Below the pieces are notes generated by a model. That model did not search any database. It was given only the letters and a program-made list of their open reading frames with translations, and was not told the DNA's origin. Made by a program: the position numbers and the translations under genes. A DNA stretch of 10,700 nucleotides from Archangiaceae bacterium (GTDB lineage: Bacteria; Myxococcota; Myxococcia; Myxococcales; Myxococcaceae): NCBI GenBank assembly GCA_043750125.1, contig JAYVCD010000387.1, positions 1 to 10,700 of the forward strand, given 5' to 3'. Position 1 is the stretch's first letter. The number at the start of each line of letters is the position of its first letter. This document shows positions 7,733 through 10,700 of this stretch, in pieces.

Positions 7733-8314
7733 ATGAAATCGATTCTTGTGCTGGCGGTGCTGGGGTTCGTCGCGATGGGTTGCGGAAGCACTGGAAGCGG
7801 GGGGGCGGGTGGCGGCTCTGCTGGAGGTGGGGCTGGCGGAGGTGGCGTTGATCCCCAGAACCCGCCTACCTCTTCCGCGCAGGCGGTCGAGAGCTGGTTG
7901 TCGAGCGGGGCGTACAAAGAATGGAAGTGCGAAACCACATCGCACGATGGAAGGTCCCCCTCGCCCCACGGCAAGAATCGGATCTGTTCCAACGCAAAAC
8001 TGAGCGGTGCTGCTGACGCAGGTCAGTACCCAGTCGATTCGGCCAGCGTGAAGGAACTGTTCAATTCCACCGGCACAAATATCGAAGGATATGCGGTGTA
8101 CCGCCACGTTGCTGCGGGAACCACGGGCGATACCTGGTTTTGGTACGAGCGTGTGCCTCTCTCGAGCCTGGCGCCACATGATGACGCCGGGGTAGTTGCG
8201 AATGGTTTGGGTGGGTCTGGACCGGCGAAGGACATTTGCGTCGGCTGTCATCAGGGCGCAGGCAGCGACGCCAATCACTCGGGCCACGACTTCGTTTACA
8301 CCCAAGTTCGGTAA
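7733..8314 (+). CDS. Lipoprotein monoheme cytochrome c, cytochrome P460/c'-beta-like family, 193 aa
   Basis: RBS GGAG 6 nt before ATG 7733. Signal MKSILVLAVLGFVAMG-C and a Gly-rich linker. Single C-terminal CxxCH (CVGCH, 8237-8251). Motif order YKEW...H...N, YPVDSASVKE, WFWYE, CxxCH, DFVYT matches the P460-type beta-sheet cytochromes. Confidence 0.75.
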   Translation: MKSILVLAVLGFVAMGCGSTGSGGAGGGSAGGGAGGGGVDPQNPPTSSAQAVESWLSSGAYKEWKCETTSHDGRSPSPHGKNRICSNAKLSGAADAGQYPVDSASVKELFNSTGTNIEGYAVYRHVAAGTTGDTWFWYERVPLSSLAPHDDAGVVANGLGGSGPAKDICVGCHQGAGSDANHSGHDFVYTQVR

Positions 8315-8324
8315 CGCCCGGATT

Positions 8325-8545
8325 CGGTACCGCGATCAGCGAAACGGCGTCGACATCGATGGCCTCGCCCCCGCTGGGATTATTGGGTCCGAGGTAAACG
8401 TCGACCCCGAGGCCATTCACGACCGGTCCGTGGGGACGGTGTACGGGTACTCCAGTACGTCGTGTCCTGCTCAAACGACGGATTGAGGATCTGGTTGCCG
8501 GCGAATCGGCCAGCGCCTGGGCCTGCGCCTGCGCCTGCGCAACCC
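8325..8545 (-). pseudogene. Collapsed remnant of a CBM_4_9-like (galactose-binding fold) domain
   Basis: One frame gives GNQILNPSFEQDTTYWST (typical N-terminal N-x-I-x-N-P-S-F-E...W). A second frame gives VNGLGVDVYLGPNNPSGGEAIDVDAVSL (typical C-terminal x-V-D-x-V-S-L strand). Together they span only about 175 nt, far too short for the domain. No credible start. Confidence 0.5.
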
Positions 8546-8609
8546 ACGCTCGGCTCTCTGACCCCTTCTCTCCAGCGGGAGGTCCGCGTTCTTCGATGCT
8601 GGGCACACC

Positions 8610-8646
8610 AAAAAAAGCGGCGGGCCAAAGTGTCTCGGCCCGCCGC
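8610..8646 (-). terminator. Rho-independent terminator of the Cys-rich lipoprotein gene
   Basis: Minus strand GCGGCGGGCC-gagacacttt-GGCCCGCCGC-TTTTTTT: perfect 10-bp GC stem plus U7, about 30 nt after the stop at 8676. Confidence 0.9.
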
Positions 8647-8675
8647 GAAGAAGAACTACCTGGCGAGCACCCCGC

Positions 8676-10400
8676 TTACGGAATGCAGCTGGCGCTGCAC
8701 GTACCGGGGTTGGCCACCGAGCCGAAGCCGCCGTCGGAGACTGCGATGCAGCGGCCGCTGGTACACTGCGTCGCTGCGGTGCAGGCGCCGGCGGTTGCCA
8801 GGCGATTCGAGCAGGCCTTGTACACCGGCTGACCGGTGCCCGCGTCGATCGACGAGCAGAAACCCAGAGTGTCCTGGCCGTTGGCGCAGATGATGTTGCC
8901 AGCGTCGCAGTTGTCACCGGCCATCGAATAGTTGCCGCACGTGCCGCCATTGCCGCTCGCGTTGGGGCTGCACTGCAGCAGCTCCTTGCATTCACTGTTG
9001 CTGCTCACGCAGGGGCCGCCCGCGGAGGAGAACGCCACGCAGACCCCGGTGCTGCAGGACGCGCTCAAGAGGCACGCAGGACCGGTCATGGTGTTGCAGG
9101 CCGCGCCCACGGCAGCCCGGGCACTGCAGCTGCTGATGAAGCCACCGTCGGTGAGAGGCGCGCAGAACAACGAGGGCTGGCAATGACTGCTCAGGTAGCA
9201 CTGGGCGTTGAGCGGCTGGGTGGGGGTGGTCGGGGTGCAGACTGCGCCCAGGCACAAGTTGCCCGAAGGGCAACCATCCGTCGCATCGACCTGCTCGAGG
9301 ACGCAGGCCGCGCCCGCCGCCACTCGCGCGGTACAGATTCCGGGTGTGACCACATCGCCCGTGGTCTGGTCGAACGTGAGGCTCTTGCAATACGCGGCGG
9401 TCGGGTTGGCGCAGTCGCCCTGGTCGGCACAGCGGCTGCCCAGCGGCAAGGCACCGCAGACATCGGCGCCGGCATCACCGAGCAGGCTGTTGTTGTTGCA
9501 CAGCTTGCTCACGCACGAAGTGCCGGTCGTGCATTTCGTCCCGTCGGCCAGGAACGGGAGGCACCTTCGCGTGCCACCATCGCTGGTGCCGCCGTCCGGG
9601 AAGCCGACCGCGCAGCCCGACGAGAGCGCCGGGTTGCAAGCCGCCGAGAGGACGCAGTTGTCACCCAGGTTCGACAACACGGTGCACGAGCGGCCGGCGT
9701 CCGCGTCGGTTCGGCAGAAGTGGGTGGTGATGTTGCAGAGGTTCTGCGTGGTGTCGCAGGTGCCACCGGTGGCAGTGAACGCCTTGCAGGTGCGGCAGCC
9801 CGCGCCGTTTGACGGGCAGAAGCTCCCGACACAGTCCGCAGTCCCGATGCAGGTCTGGCCAACCATCGCGGCCGCGGCGCCGAGAGTAGACGCGGTCAAG
9901 CAGGAGTACTGGAACGTCGTACCGTTGTTGAGGAAGTTCCGGCCCGAAGTGCAGGCGTCGGAGAGGACGGTCTGAATGCACGCCGCTCCGAGCGCCGGAT
10001 CGTAGGTGCGCAGCCCGTCGGTGACGCGCTTGAAGCCCGCGAGGCAGTCGGCGGTAACGCGCGCGACGCAGTTGGCGGCCAGCGCCTGATCGAGGAAGCC
10101 GCACGCCTTCTCGCGGTCACAGTACGCCGTGGTGTACGTCGAACAGAACGCCGCCTGGGTGACAGTGCCACCGCCGCCTGCCCCGCCCATTCCGCCGCCG
10201 GTCGCCGCGCCGCCGCCTGAGCCACCTCCTGAACCGCCGCCCGTCGCTGCGCCGCCGCCCGTCGCTGCGCCGCCGCCTGTCGCTGCGCCGCCGCCCGAAC
10301 CGCCCCCCGTGCCGCCGGTGCTCGAGCTACACGCAGTGAGTGCCACTGCCGCGACCAACAACCCCACAACCGAACTGCGCATTGCCACGTTCAAAGTCAT
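8676..10400 (-). CDS. Cys-rich modular lipoprotein (myxobacterial type, Dickkopf-N-like 4-Cys repeats), about 574 aa
   Basis: Signal/lipobox MRSSVVGLLVAAVALTA-C and a Gly-rich linker. An 8-Cys N-domain is followed by about 11 G-x-x-C-xn-C-xn-C-xn-C modules; 55 Cys by hand count. Strong GC third-position bias and a downstream terminator. Start is ATG 10400 or ATG 10382, not 10592. Confidence 0.85.
   Translation of the reverse strand: MTLNVAMRSSVVGLLVAAVALTACSSSTGGTGGGSGGGAATGGGAATGGGAATGGGSGGGSGGGAATGGGMGGAGGGGTVTQAAFCSTYTTAYCDREKACGFLDQALAANCVARVTADCLAGFKRVTDGLRTYDPALGAACIQTVLSDACTSGRNFLNNGTTFQYSCLTASTLGAAAAMVGQTCIGTADCVGSFCPSNGAGCRTCKAFTATGGTCDTTQNLCNITTHFCRTDADAGRSCTVLSNLGDNCVLSAACNPALSSGCAVGFPDGGTSDGGTRRCLPFLADGTKCTTGTSCVSKLCNNNSLLGDAGADVCGALPLGSRCADQGDCANPTAAYCKSLTFDQTTGDVVTPGICTARVAAGAACVLEQVDATDGCPSGNLCLGAVCTPTTPTQPLNAQCYLSSHCQPSLFCAPLTDGGFISSCSARAAVGAACNTMTGPACLLSASCSTGVCVAFSSAGGPCVSSNSECKELLQCSPNASGNGGTCGNYSMAGDNCDAGNIICANGQDTLGFCSSIDAGTGQPVYKACSNRLATAGACTAATQCTSGRCIAVSDGGFGSVANPGTCSASCIP
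10234..10296. repeat. 18-bp coding tandem repeat, 3.5 copies (GGGAAT linker)
   Basis: CCGCCGCCCGTCGCTGCG at 10234, 10252 and 10270 (one mismatch), plus a 9-bp partial copy at 10288. Confidence 0.9.
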
Positions 10401-10502
10401 ACCCCCAAGAAGGAAAGCGAAGACGGGTCGCTTAGCACTCTCAGGTCGAGACAGATGTGGTTCCACGCACGATCCCGCCCGCCTTCCGCTAAGGGGTGGG
10501 TC

Positions 10503-10700
10503 ATGGCCTTCTTGCGCAATGAAGTCTGTTTCTCCGGGCCCGGCGGCGCTGTCATCCCGGGCGAAGTCGTGAAGCTGCTCACCAAGCTCCAAACGCTGTT
10601 GAAGGAACGCTCGATCGTCAGCGCTCTCGATGGCGGCAACGTCGAGCTCGAGATCGAGAACAAGCCCGCGACGCTGCGGCTGATCTCGTGGGAAGCGCCC
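10503..10700 (+). CDS. Hypothetical protein, 5' part (runs off the right edge)
   Basis: Manual translation from ATG 10503: MAFLRNEVCFSGPGGAVIPGEVVKLLTKLQTLLKERSIVSALDGGNVELEIENKPATLRLISWEAP. 66 open codons with GC-rich third positions, preceded by purine-rich AAGGGG, divergent from the Cys-rich gene. Confidence 0.7.
   Translation, partial: MAFLRNEVCFSGPGGAVIPGEVVKLLTKLQTLLKERSIVSALDGGNVELEIENKPATLRLISWEAP

Noticed and set aside
10190..10320. CRISPR-like array or Pro-rich protein (ORF 10129-10572 +)
   Set aside because: The repeats are contiguous with no spacers and encode the Gly linker on the minus strand. The Pro-rich ORF is its antisense reading.
8676..10400. Multiheme cytochrome or Fe-S protein interpretation of the Cys-rich ORF
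   Set aside because: No CxxCH or ferredoxin-type spacing. The lipoprotein signal and Cys spacing point to disulfide-bonded extracellular modules.
10401..10592. 64-aa N-terminal extension of the Cys-rich ORF
   Set aside because: It would bury the signal peptide and overlap the divergent gene starting at 10503.

Overview
GC-rich bacterial DNA whose gene content suggests a myxobacterium (inference). From left to right: (1) the 5' part of a CcoI/FixI-type P1B ATPase on the minus strand, missed by the ORF track. (2) Head-to-head with it, a DsbD_2/TauE-like membrane protein; the roughly 50-bp gap holds a palindrome that reads as a sigma54 -24/-12 promoter on both strands. (3) An intact tryptophanase. 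(4) An accessory stretch (about 3170-8600) where intact genes alternate with three broken remnants. The intact genes encode a 7-blade HAF-repeat lipoprotein, a LysR regulator and a divergent lipoprotein monoheme cytochrome resembling the P460/c'-beta family. The remnants are a chimeric frameshifted histidine kinase, a split EF-hand-loop gene and a collapsed CBM_4_9-like domain. (5) A 55-Cys modular lipoprotein with an intrinsic terminator. (6) The start of a hypothetical gene. No RNA genes, CRISPR arrays or transposases were recognised. Best leads: the LysR/cytochrome pair, the shared-core bidirectional sigma54-like site, and the D-[AG]-G motifs that recur in one loop of the Cys-rich protein.
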